Below are positions 39,728-52,261 of a stretch of 64,000 bases of DNA, piece by piece. Each line of letters opens with the position of its first letter. Position 1 is the first letter of the stretch. The notes below the pieces were generated by a model that saw only the letters and a list, made by a program, of their open reading frames with translations, did no database searches and was not told where the DNA came from. Source of the DNA: Octopus sinensis. Taxonomy: Eukaryota. Both the position numbers and the translations under genes were made by a program. The stretch covers positions 29,016,001-29,080,000 of the forward strand of contig NC_043003.1 of NCBI RefSeq assembly GCF_006345805.1, read 5' to 3'.

Positions 39728-40044
39728 AGAGTTAAAGAATGATGTAGATAAAATCCGGGCTACATATGTTTTATAGCAAGTGGAGCCTCGGAAGTGGTAA
39801 TTATCCAAGCGATGTGTATACAGCAGTAGGGCAGGTTGATTTTCCACACTTTTGTAGTTAATGACTATGGACTAATTGAGATAGTGAGGGTTTAATATGA
39901 TAATAGCTGACAAAAAATCCATCTCCCTAGCTTTAGCCGGTTTTTTTTTTTTTCCTTGAGGAGACTGTTTCAAGAAATTTCAAAATACTGCAAATTAAAA
40001 ACACTGCATTTTCACTATTTTCGCTCGAAAAAAAAACATTATTG

Positions 40045-41990
40045 TCATTTAAAAATTTCACAAAAAGATGCGTCTTTATTGAAACGAGTAAAAACATGCA
40101 CAAACTCTATAGAGTCAAATAAGACAAACTTAGATACCAAAATCATCATAATTTCGCTGTAAGAGCCCTTAGAAGTAAAGGATGGCCTCATACGTCGGCT
40201 TAGGGCTTTGACTAGGATATGTTTGTGTCTTGATTCGAGTCCATAAGCAATATGGGAAGCTTCAGATGTCAGCTTTACTGCCCTTTCAACACTCTGAGAA
40301 TGTGAAAACAAATCAGGCAGCTCCAGCTTGTTGCCATTCAGTAATGCTTTTTGAAGTTCCTGGTCAGAAAACTCTTTTGCGAGAACTGGTTCGCAGATCC
40401 CATATTGAGAAAGGTTGACTAATGCTGACCAGTGTGTGGCGTCGATGTTGATGTATGTGATCATCTTCGGCCTCTTCTTGGCTGGCTTCCCACTTCTGCA
40501 AGAATAATAAAAAATTTAGCTTTTATTTCTCTATAAAATTAGAGCTCACGTGGCCGAGTGGATAAAGCGCTGGATTTCCATGCCTTGGTCTAGGGTTCGA
40601 TCCCCAACGAGAGTGGACGCAAAATAAATATTTCGTCCGACGGGCGGGGCACCGAGACTTGCCCATGCGCAAGGTGCTCTGTACTCAACACACAGAACAT
40701 AACAGTATTATTTTCCTTCTCTTATCTGTCTTCACACTCATAACACATTAAGCTACCATCTCTCGGAGCCCACATAAGGGGTTTTAATACAGTACCCCAC
40801 CCATCGCAGACGGATAGCGCTACCTTGGGCTGTAGAAGGGCTCCCTTAGTTGGTAGCAAAAACTTATTTATGCGATTTCTCCTGCCCCTTCCACCTTAGG
40901 TTAAGTAAAAGCTTGATAGCTCCTTAAGGGTGAGAAGTGGCTTAAACCCTTAACCTAACCTAACCTCACTTTAAAATTTAATCCCGATTAGTGTCAAAAT
41001 TTCTTATTTTGAATTAAACTTTAATAATAATAACAGTTCGATAAATCCCCATAATCAAATATTTTTACATTTTAAAATTTATAGATTCTTACCTGATGGA
41101 GATAATTTTCTTGGGAGCAGCTTCACTCACTTCCAAGTCATCAGACTTCATCATCGATTATAGCACATTCTCGGGCAATAAGACAAACGCATTGTACTCC
41201 AGGTGCCTGAAAGCAACATCTTGGATTTCTTGAGACTGCTGCCTGATCATCTTTATGATGTTGAAGATGTACAGCTGCTGATTGTGGAATTTGCTGTCCC
41301 TTTTGATCTCAAACCAACTGATTGCATACACTTCGACAATGAATTTAATGGCTAAGTAAAGCTTATCATGCATGCTTTAATGGACCAATTTTCCAGGCAG
41401 CAAACCTTGGGTTGATATTATCCCTGGAAATTCCTAACACATACTCTAAAACCTCTGATCACAACTGAGATCATCCGGTGTCACCTCATCAAGTTCCATG
41501 TCATCCAGGGGACCACTGAGTTTGGTGCATTCCACTTGCAGCTGATCTTGGTAATCAATTTCAGAGTTTTCCCAGGAGACCACTGATAGTAGTAGGAGAT
41601 TTGGTACTGCCATCAAGATGTTTAAAAACAGCTCCAAAAGGAAGCTCATTCTGATGGAGTGAACAACCAATTGTGTGCAATTTCCGTTGAATTTTATTTT
41701 CTAAACATGTTACAAGGCCTTCCTCCCAGCCAGTGTTTGTGTTTGTGTTGTCAAGGAGGACAGCCTTCAAGGTATGAACACTGTTAAACTCTACCAAGAC
41801 ACTAACAATTTCATCACTAAGTAGAACACCAGTCGCACCTTTAATCGGGATAACTCAGTAAGATATGTTCCACTTTCAGTTCCCAGTATTTTTGTGAAAA
41901 TCAAATGGCACTCATGATCCCTTCCTTTCTTCAGCTTCATCTTTCTATTTTCATCCTTAACCATCAACTGTTTCAAGAACCCTGAAAAGT
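40045..41990 (-). pseudogene. Decayed DDE transposase, probably hAT-superfamily related (hATm-like), split by one intron
   Basis: VLLDNTNTNTG…IGCSLHQNELPFGAVFKHLDGSTKSP; FIVEVYAISWFEIK; INIDATHW…SHSQSVERAVKLTSEAS. GT-AG intron at 41092-40496 joins in frame. Confidence 0.7.
40544..40615 (+). mobile_element. tRNA-like head (SINE or tRNA pseudogene) inside the transposase intron
   Basis: A-box TGGCCGAGTGG (40551), B-box GGTTCGATCCC (40594), 6/7 acceptor-stem pairs. The anticodon stem does not pair. Confidence 0.6.
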
Positions 41991-42009
41991 ATTAAAGAAG
42001 CTGGAAATT

Positions 42010-42879
42010 ATTCAAGCCGCAATCGCTTAGAAAGACCATGAATAACAACACCTCAAACTGGTCGTTTTATTTACCGCTATGCAAGAGCAAATTCTTTCTC
42101 CTCTACTAGTGAGATACAAGCACAGTTATAGATAATAAAGCCCCAAGTTTATCAAGAAGTAAAGATCGTTTGTGAAAAGTTTTTAAGCTCAGAGCATACA
42201 AACCAGAAAAAAAACCTCGGTCGCACAAGAAAAATACTCAATATCGATTTAAATTTCGCAAAAGATCTGAGCGTTAAATACCAATTAAATGGAGCAAAGT
42301 AATATTTACTGATGAAACATTAATTTCTCAGAACCGTAGTTATCAACCTCAAGTAAGAATACCAAAAGGTGAGCGCCTGAATGAAAGGTGTACATCAAAA
42401 ATTGTTCGTTCTGCACCTACAGTTATGATTTGGGGGTCTATTTCAGCCCAGGGCGAGTGTGGGTTACATTTTGTGCACAGAGTAGCAACATTGAAAGCAA
42501 AAGATTATCAAGAAATTTTAAAGGAAAAAGTGCCAAGATTTATGGTAACCAGAAATTGCTAAATCATGCAACAAAATGGTGCTTAAATTCACTCAGCAAT
42601 ATTGGTTAAAGAATGGTTTTGAAAAACAGCATTCATAGTTGCTACAGAGTTGGCCAGGAAACTTTACCAATTTAAAATTTAAATTGCGCTGAACATTGTT
42701 AGAGTCTACTTAAGAAAAAGCTTCAACAAAAGTAGCCATCAAATTGCCAAGAAATGATGGATGAGTTAAAGAAAATAAGAGTGACTGAAATAACACCAGG
42801 ATATTGCCAGAAGCTGGTCGAATCCATGTCTATGAGAATAAAAGCATATCGGAAAGCGAATGTGTCATATACTAAATAA
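42010..42879 (+). pseudogene. Tc1-like transposase remnant
   Basis: KWSKVIFTDET; VMIWGSISAQG; MQQNGA (FQQDNA-like); degraded WPGN; CQKLVESMSMRIKA…YTK*. Confidence 0.85.
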
Positions 42880-43032
42880 TTTATTTATTATTTATTGCTA
42901 ATCTTTTTACTTGAGATATTCATTTTAATACGATAAAGTCTTATTTCACGGATTAAAAAAAAACTTCTTGCAGTTTCTAAACTCTCTGGCAAGACTATAT
43001 ATAGTACACATATGTATGTATGTATGTATGTG

Positions 43033-43084
<52 letters not shown>

Positions 43085-43140
43085 AACATACACACACATA
43101 CACACGTACTGACATACATATCATTTTACACTTTTACACT

Positions 43141-43905
43141 TGTACTTGTTTCAGTCATTTTGACTGTGGCCATGCTGGAGCTCCGCCTTTTAGTCGAAGA
43201 AGTCGACCTCTGGACTATTCTTTTGTAAGCCTGGTACTTATTCTATCGGTTCCTTTTGCCGAACCGCTAGTTTACGAGGACATAAGCACACCGACATCTG
43301 TCGTCAAGCGATGGTGGGGGTGACAAACACAGACACTAACACACAAAGGAATGGCTGTGAGGTAAGTAGCTTGCTTACTAACCACATGGTTCTGGGTTCA
43401 GTCCCACTGCGTGACATCTTGGGCAAGTATCTCTACTATAGCCTCGGGCTGACCAAAGGCTTGAGAGTGGATTTGGTAGACAGAAACTGAAAGAAGCCCG
43501 TCGTATATACGTATGTGTGTATGTGTATGTTTGTGCGTCTGTGTTTGTCCCCCACCCGACATTGCTTGATAACCGATGCTGGTCTGTTTATGTCCCCGTA
43601 ACTTAGAAGTTTGGCAAAAGAGACTGATAGAATAATATGCTTACAAAGAATATGTCCCGGGGGTCGACTTGCTCGACTAAAGGCGGTGCTCCAGCATGGC
43701 CAGAGTCACATGACTAACACAAGTAAAAGAGAATATATATATATATAGGCTTATTTCAATTTCCATCTACCAAATTCACTCACAAACCTTTGGTCGGCCC
43801 GTGGCTATAGTAGAAGATGGCAAGGTGCCACGCAAGAGAACTAAACCCGGAAACATGTGGTTGGGAAGCAAGCTTCTCACCACACAGCGACGCCTGCGCC
43901 TATAT
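43141..43905. mobile_element. Three adjacent SINE family A copies in alternating orientation (-, +, -)
   Basis: 43141-43325 reverse 3' half; 43350-43735 forward; 43750-43905 reverse 5' half. Confidence 0.85.
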
Positions 43906-44109
43906 TTATACATATATATATATATGGCCAGATTGGTGCAATCTCAAGAATAATCAGCCGAAATTGCGAGGATAATCTGGTGCTTCACTGAGGAAAGAAA
44001 ACTTCGAATGACTCGTTGTTGTGTTCTTTGTATCGTCTATCTGGGTGTTTTTTTGTCCCTTTTTGTATCACCTAGCTGCCTGGATGTTTTGCGTTCTTGT
44101 CCCATTTTG

Positions 44110-44190
<81 letters not shown>

Positions 44191-44363
44191 ACGATATTAA
44201 TAATGATTATTACGAAGTAGCTTAGCATTACCTTCAATTCTTTTACAACTTTACATAGGCCAACATATATTTCAACTGCACTGATTAGTATCCGTTGCAA
44301 TTGCAACCCTGCTGTAATACCAGGGCAGTTTCTTCAGGGTCTTTACTTAATATCCTTCGATTT

Positions 44364-44697
44364 GGCGCATGGCTCAGTGGTTAGAGCGTCGAGCTTACGA
44401 TCGTGAGGTTGTGAGCTCGAATCCCGGACCGAGCTGCGTGTTGTGTTCTTGAGCAAAGCACTTTATTTCACGTTGCTCCAGTTCACTCAGCTGTAGAAAT
44501 GAGTTGCGACGTCACTGGTGCCAAGCTGTATCGACCTTTGTCTTTCCCTTGGATAACACTGGTGGCGTGGAGAGGGAAGGCTGGTATGCATGGGCGACTG
44601 CTGGTCCTCCATAAACAACCTTGCCCGGACTTGTGTCTAGGAGGGTAACTTTCTAGGTGCAATCCCATGGTCATTCATGACCGAAGGGGGTCTTTTA
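44364..44697 (+). mobile_element. tRNA-derived SINE family D
   Basis: A-box TGGCTCAGTGG, B-box-like GCTCGAATCCC. Same family as 52765-53097. Confidence 0.9.
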
Positions 44698-45009
44698 ACT
44701 GCTTAAAGATCTTCGTTTATCTACTCTGTGTTGTATGATGTAGAGTTGTCTGTTAAGTTAAATGCGAACAATCTCCATTTCAAGTTTTGATTGGATAATC
44801 AGTTATAGTCTACTATTTCAAACCATTTTGTTGTTTATATTTAGCAAATGTGAAGTTTCTCAAGTAAACGTATCTCAGAGCTATAAATATATGTGTGTGT
44901 GTATGTGTGTGTGTATGTGTGTGTGTGTTTGTTTGTGTGTGCGTGTGTGTTTGTGTGTGTGTGCGTGTGTGCGTGTGTGTGTGTGCGCGTGTGTGTGCGT
45001 GTGTGTGTG

Positions 45010-45145
45010 TGTCCGTAACTTAGCTGTTCGGCAAAAGAGAATAAGTACCAGACTTTAAAAAAGAAAGTGAAAGTACTGGTGTCGAGTCATTCGACTAAAA
45101 ATTCTTCAAGGCCGTAGTCTAATGACTGAAGCCAGTAAAAGATAG
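45010..45145 (+). mobile_element. 3' fragment of SINE family A variant
   Basis: cgtaacttagctgttcggcaaaagaga…gactaaaa…aatgactgaa. Confidence 0.75.
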
Positions 45146-45179
45146 ATGATGAAAGATATATATGTATACGTGTGTGTGC

Positions 45180-45214
<35 letters not shown>

Positions 45215-45472
45215 TGTATGAAATTGTGAACAGATACATTTAATTAATAATCAAATGCCAACATTGTCTGATTTCACGTTTTCACTTTTGTATCTCCACA
45301 TTATTACAAAGTACTTTATGAAATGCATGAACTGTTTAATAATGCAACGACAGAAATTTATCTGAAGATTTGTTTTAAAGCATGACAGCACTTGTAAGGT
45401 TGTCAATTGTAAATATACAAAAGCAAGCAATAAAAATCAGACTATGTTAGAATTTGATTAATTAACACACAC

Positions 45473-45551
<79 letters not shown>

Positions 45552-45699
45552 GACTAGAATGAAACAGGTGAGATAAAGTGTTTTTTGTGTTACATCTTTT
45601 ATTGTCGCTGTTTTTCTTTGTATCGATGTAAAACCAACCTTTTGTGCAGTCCTCAGTGTCTTGGGCCCCTGTGGCAAATAAAGCAAATCATTATTGTTG

Positions 45700-46500
45700 T
45701 TGTTTTCGTTGTCAGACGCTCACTGCTCTCTACCAGTCGGGTAACATGCTTAGTGGAAGTTCTGCGGGAGTAATATGTAGAAATCTAGTTGTAGCTAAAA
45801 GCGGTGATGTTCTCGGGGAAACTCTAGGTGTCGACGTGGATGAAATTGCTGGTCCGGCACCACCATGAAATTGCTGGTCCGGTACCACCATAGATAACTT
45901 CCAGAAATCCTTTGGTTGGCAGTGCAACCGAGGAGCATTGCCAGTTCAAGATAAACTCTACAAGAACAGAAGCGCTGCCAAGCGGAGCCGTCCGAGATGC
46001 GCGCAGAGCGGCGAAGCTGATTTGCATGCACAGGTGCCGTATCCGAGCATTGCTGACTTGTGGAGTTATGTCGAGCAGCTGTTATCACGTGTGGACTGAA
46101 ACCGACTATCAATCAAATCCATCGTGAGTATCACCCCATTATCCACCTTTAGTAAGGGATGGCAAACGGCATTCCTCTTTCTAGTGGCTATGGTGTAAGA
46201 GGTCGCTTGGTGAATGAAGCTGAAAGGTTTGAAGAAAGAAACTCTCATCGACCTTTTTCTAAGTCCCACTCGGAAAAGAAGGTGCGGGTGGAGAGGAAAG
46301 TGCAACATACTTCCCAATGAATTTGCGAAAATATGAGTGATAGTGGCAAAAATGGTTAGAACAAATAGCCCTGCTCTAAATATACGCCTGTAGATTGGAG
46401 AGCTCAAGAAAGGGCTCGTACCTTTGGTGGTCAGAGTAATCCTAGATCTGTTGCGCTCCTTGATTGGCACAAGGTGGGGTTTCTCCTGCATCAGAAGGAC
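45700..46500 (-). mobile_element. Possible Gypsy-type LTR retrotransposon relic
   Basis: GC-richer island with weak minus-strand motifs (YFRKFI, PHLL, LIDSRFQSTR, RRSARIS) and a 25-bp tandem duplication at 45841-45890. Heavily degraded. Confidence 0.35.
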
Positions 46501-46660
46501 TGTGTAAATGTTATCACATACTTTGTATACTATGTATACTTTTATCGTATTTCAGTCTTTTCCATTTCGTTCTTCCCAATCTTCATGTAAATCTCCACAA
46601 AATTCGCTGTCTGTCAGTGTGATGCCCCCACTCATCTATGCCCCTGTGGTTAATTAAAGA

Positions 46661-46661
46661 A

Positions 46662-46711
<50 letters not shown>

Positions 46712-47100
46712 TCAGTAGTCTTATTTTTATCACGTGCTTTCCCTGCACTACTGAGCGCAGCTCTGCGTGCCTTGGGTATGTGCTTTTTTTGTGTGATGCT
46801 CTTATTTTTACTGTATTGAAAGTGTTTTACGTAGGATGTGTGCGATGCCTAGTAGTGCTTTTTTCTGTGTTACATACACTTGTTAGTCCTGGTGTTTTAG
46901 ATATATATTTGTCTGAATGCGTTTTTTTTTATCATACGTAATGCATCCACTATGATAGGAATTATTTCTGTTTTTAGACTCTACATTCGAATTACCTCTA
47001 TTTCCAGGTCTTGGTATTTTGAAAGTTTCTCCATTTCTTTTATAGAAACATTGTCATCTGATGATAATGATACATCGATTAGAAAAGTTATTATTATGTT
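46661..47100 (-). mobile_element. 3' end of R4/Dong non-LTR retrotransposon (restriction-like endonuclease tail) ending in (TAA)n
   Basis: LIDVSLSSDDNVSIKEMEKLSKYQDLEIEVIRM*SLKTEIIPIIV…KALLGIAHILRKTLSIQ*, then a short 3' UTR and an (ATT)n array at 46661-46711. Confidence 0.88.
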
Positions 47101-48004
47101 CATTATTATTCTAAAGTAAACTTTTCCTCTTTAATTCACAATCTTTCTGTCTAATGTACCGCAAGTAATTCCTAAAGCCACGAAAACGCCGAAAATAGCG
47201 TCTATTTAATAGAAACACGTAAACCAATTGATCTTACTTCCCCAAGGCTAATTTAAATAAGAAATTTTCTCTCAAACTGAAGCACTCAGGTGTGATATTT
47301 AAATCAATATTAAAGAACTTAACCTTTTCATGGATAGTTTCATTGACGATGACGGCTACGGTGGCTTCAGTCATATCTTTTACTGAAGGGGGTTAATAAA
47401 ACTGAAACATACTTGTTACTTTCACAACCTCACTTTAAAGACCAGACCCACTTCACTCAGCATTCAGATAGTTCACAAATTTACATCATTTGATCGTATT
47501 AAAGTTATCTACGTTGCTTGCTTTAGAATTTTAGAATTGTTTTAGAATTTTTTCAACATCTCATGTGGCATTTTGTATTCGCTAATTGCTTCGATAATCT
47601 TTAATTGATACATAAAACTATAAGTACATATATACGTACGTACACACACATACTCACACACATACACACACACACATACTCACACACACACACATACACC
47701 CGTATGCATGATTCAGATAAAATCATGTACTTGAAAAGATATGCACAGGTAGGGTTGAATAGACCTGCAGTTCCGGCCTATGGTTGTTAAGTGTCAAATA
47801 GGATATTCCGGTTGCGTACACAGAGAAAACCAACCATGTGAGTATTTGGTGCCTAGGGGCTGGTCTAAAGCACATGTTACGTTGAATTGAACGTTATTGC
47901 TATACTCTAGGGTGTCCAACAAGTCATAAATCCCCTTAGTGTATTATAATTAAATGAATAATAACAGACAATAATTAGCTATCATCTATTATTATTCATT
48001 TGTT

Positions 48005-48070
<66 letters not shown>

Positions 48071-48202
48071 GTATATTTAAACACAAAGAAGCGAGCCATA
48101 ACAGGTTGCCTGACATACTAGAAAGAACAGTCAAAAAGTCCAAAACAACTGTTAAGAGCAATTTCGAAAGGAATGAAAAATAAAAACATTTACCATGTTT
48201 TA

Positions 48203-48276
48203 CAGCCGGACCTCAGATTTCGAACTTTAATTAGCAAATAAAATAATTTGCAAGGCGAAGTTCTCATCAGCGGATA
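48203..48276 (-). ncRNA. Type I hammerhead ribozyme motif with extended stem II
   Basis: UAUCCG-CUGAUGA-GAACUU cgccuu GCAAAU uauuuu AUUUGC uaauua AAGUUC-GAAA-UC uga GG-UC-CGGCUG. Canonical core, G10.1-C11.1 pair, GUC triplet. Confidence 0.7.
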
Positions 48277-48544
48277 CGCCAAAACATTAACATATGAATT
48301 AGAGAACAAATAACACGCGACTCATCCTTATATATTATAATTTTTCAAATCCTCCGCGCAGAAAGATAACTAACTTCTTAGTTTTACATTTTTTACGAAG
48401 GACAGACGCAGGCGTGATTGTTTAGAAGTAGGATTGCTTCCCAATCACATGGTTCCGGGTTCGGTCCCACTGCATGATATCTTGGGCAACTCTTTTCTAC
48501 TATAGCTTCGGGCCTACCGATGACTCATGAGGGAATTTGTAGGC

Positions 48545-49401
48545 GAAAAATGCGAGCAAGAGAAATAATATTCTTAAGATTATAAATCTGGAAAAGTTCA
48601 GGACAAGTTACTACATCTGGTAAAGTACAGAAAAAGAAAATTGTTACTTAAAATATTGCAACTAAGGATAAAATTTCAAATAAAATATTCGTATTTAGAA
48701 AACATTAGCTTTTATTAAAACTAAAAATTTTATAACAAGTTGTTACTTTTATTTGTTATTACTTGTTACTTCTATTAAAAATAAAAACTCAAAATATTTT
48801 CTGTACTTTAAAAAAATTCATTTATTTATTTATTAATTAATAATTAGAAATTTGAGAATAAGTTATAAAAATAATACCAGTACATAATTAGTTAGTACAA
48901 TAAATAGAATAATACAAAAGTTAGTTATATATTACAATATAATCTACTTATAGCAACAAATTCACAGTAAAATTTGCTTGAATTATTGTGAAGTCTTCAA
49001 ATTTATAGTCTTAAACAATGCCTATTTTTGACATAATGAATTTGCCTACCATATATATACTATTCTGCTTTACATGAAATTTTAGCTATATTGGTACTTC
49101 TGGCTCTCATTTTTTTAAGTATTCTACTGTGTCAATATTTTAGCAAAATGATGGCATCTTTTTTAATTATAACGTTACTTTGTAAATTAAAATCAAATAA
49201 TTTCAATATTCATATTTTATCCTTAGCTGCAATATTTTAAATAAAAATTTTCTTGTTCTGTACTTTACCAGGTGTAATAAGTTGTCCTGAACTTTTCCAG
49301 GTGTAATAGCTTGTCCTGTACTTTTCCAGGTATAATAGCTTGTCCTGTACTTTTCCAAGTTTATAATCTTAAGAATATTATTTCTCTTGCTCGCGTTTTT
49401 C
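48545..49401. mobile_element. Foldback/MULE-like non-autonomous element with long modular TIRs
   Basis: Arms at 48545-48674 and 49214-49401 are inverted homologues. The 29-bp subrepeat ctggaaaagtacaggacaagctattacac occurs ~2x on the left and ~4x on the right. AT-rich interior. Confidence 0.75.
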
Positions 49402-49629
49402 CATGTAATCCATGTTTTTCCAGTCAATTCTATTATGCTAATTAATAATGTATCAAATATGTCAATTAGCGGTGTCGTTGATAATTTTTTCCTTACCTTA
49501 ATGATGCCGGTGACATATATTAAAAGTCCCCGTATAGAACTATATTATCATCCTGAAATTTGAGAAACAGACACTCATAACTCTTTTCTTTCAAAACTTC
49601 ATTGCATGAGATTGATACCATGAAATTCC

Positions 49630-49990
49630 TCGAATTGGGCTCTATCATTTAAGCTTAATTAGAATATAGTTTGTTTTTAAAATAAAAAAAAGTTAATTAT
49701 ACTTAAATCCAATTTTTTGCCTTACTAATATCTTTTTCGTGATATTTTACCCCACAACTTTTTTGATACAAATTTTTGTTGCATGGGACCAAAACTATGA
49801 AATTCTTCACGCTTTCTTCTATCATTGAAGCTAAGATAAATATATTTTTCTTTTAAAATAAAATAAAAAAAGTTATTCAGATGTAAACTTGATTGGTGGT
49901 GTTACTTACTCTCCTATAACTTGTTACAAATTTTGATGTAAACTTTTTTCTACTGGACCAAATCTCAATTTTCTCATGCTAAAATGTAGC
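49630..49990. repeat. Two degenerate ~180-bp AT-rich tandem units
   Basis: ctatcatt(t/g)aagct…ttttaaaataaaa…aaagtta…ggaccaaa recurs at ~49640 and ~49820. Confidence 0.55.
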
Positions 49991-50155
49991 TAGGAACCAG
50001 TCCTCTTCAAAAATGTTAGCAGTTTTCCATTTAGTTAAGAACTGAATTAGCAACAAGCTCTGAAAGATGCTACTTGTGAGTAAATTACGGCCTTAAAATT
50101 ATTATTCAACTACTACTGTAGTTGAATGATACACACACACGCACACACACACGCA

Positions 50156-50232
<77 letters not shown>

Positions 50233-50344
50233 CAAAGGAATTCCAACTCTGTCTGTTTTTTATGTTTTATATATATATTCTTTATAATATTAATGTAGAA
50301 TGTAGAATATTTAGTATAAATAGTATATATAGTAAAATGATATG

Positions 50345-50555
50345 AAGTCTGTTTGTGTTTGTCCCCACCGCTGCTTGACAACTGGTGTTGGGGTGTTTAC
50401 GTCCCTGTTACTTAGCTGTTCGATAAGAGAGAGCTAAACAATAGGTACCTGGCTTAAAAAAAAAAGTAATGAGGCCGATTCGCTCGACTAAAAGTACTTC
50501 AAAACGGTGCCCAAGAATGGCCGCAGTCTAATGACTGAAAAAAGTAAAAGATACA
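50345..50555 (+). mobile_element. 3' half of SINE family A variant
   Basis: tgtttgtccccaccgctgcttgacaactggtgttg…ccgcagtctaatgactgaaa. Confidence 0.8.
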
Positions 50556-50874
50556 AGATGCTTTGTCGCTATTTTAATGTTGAACGATCATACAGACGTT
50601 TTCTAGTTTCTTCCTGTTGCTATAGTTATTGTTTAGTTCCCGTTGAGCTCTGATCAATCAAAGGCAATCCAGCCATGGCTTTCCTGTTTAATTTTCAAGC
50701 ATGGAACATTCAGATTTCTAAGTTGGTTGGATGTGTCTCAAAGAGGTCTAGCTGTTATTTTTAACAGATCTGACGACAGAGTTTCTCGTGTTTTTCTCTC
50801 CCTCACTCTCTCTTTCTATCTTTCTCTCTTTCTAAACCTCCCTCTCTCCTTCTCTTTCTTCGCCTCTCCTTTTC

Positions 50875-50911
<37 letters not shown>

Positions 50912-51052
50912 TCTTTGCCCCTCTTTTTCCTCTTTCCCTCTCTCCGTCTTTCTTCCTCTCTCTCTCTCTCTCTCTCGGGTTTGCTCTCTTTGGCCCTCAT
51001 TCATTCTCTTTCTTCCACATTCCTTTCTCTTCTTCTCTACCTCCTTTTCTCT

Positions 51053-51096
<44 letters not shown>

Positions 51097-52206
51097 GACT
51101 CTTTATCACTTTCTCTCCCACTTCCTGTTTCCCCCTCCCCTCCTCCACTTTCCCTACATCCTTCCACTCTCTTCTCTCTTCCCCACCCCACCCATCCCTC
51201 TCACTCTATCTCTTATTCATTCATTCATTCATTCATTCATTCGATTGATTTAACAAAAACGAATTCGTTACAACCGGGAAAAATCGAAACGCAGTCCTAG
51301 AAGAAATGCCTTAGAAAAACAAAAAAATAAAAACGAAAACAAAAACAAAAACAAAAACAAAAAGGCCAGATGTTCGTGGTTGGAATGTCTTTTTCATTCT
51401 GGGTTTTGCTTTCACCATAACTGACCTTGAGTTAAACAACAGGAAAACCAACAAAAGCAACAATAGAAAGAATTGTGGGCAACCTTGAGTGAATAGGCAC
51501 AGATCCGATCGCAGAGACACTAGCACAATAGACGAGTCACATAATCTATTGTGTAGGAGCTTGTGTGTGTGTGGTATTATAGAAGTGTTGTAGAAATATT
51601 AGCATATGTACTTCATACACACGCGTACAGACACGCACACACAGATGCAGACGCACACACATCTACACACACACACACACACATATGTAATGAGGAGTCG
51701 GAGAGACGAACACCCACGCCCCCAATGTAGCATTAGATGTTCGACTGCCTTTCATATACAATGTTTAGACATACATATATGTATATGCGTGTGAGATTGT
51801 GTGTGAAATTGCGCATGTGTGTGTGTGTGAGTGGGTGTATGCATTTGTATAAACATACATACATACATACACACATGTACATTTATATATTTGTATATAT
51901 ATATATATATGTATGTATGTATGTACGTATGTATGTAGGTATATTTTATGTATATGCATATATGTACATATATATATATATATTTATATATATAGCATGT
52001 GTAATATACAAATGACTGGCTGTATGTGTGTATATGTACATACTTGCATACGCATGTGTGTATGTATTCATATACACACACATATATATATATGCATATA
52101 TACATATATATATACTCATGTATATATATGTGTGTATGTATACAATAGGAGTATATATATATATGTATGTATATGAGTATATATATATATGCATGTATAT
52201 GTATGT

Positions 52207-52261
<55 letters not shown>

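Noticed and set aside
40948-40968. (AACCT)n resembling the TTAGG telomere repeat
   Set aside because: Only about three units, inside a transposon intron. The mollusc telomere repeat is TTAGGG.
44364-44440. tRNA gene candidates at the SINE heads (also 31319, 52765, 54568, 62639)
   Set aside because: Cloverleafs are incomplete, there is no oligo-T terminator, and each continues into a SINE body.
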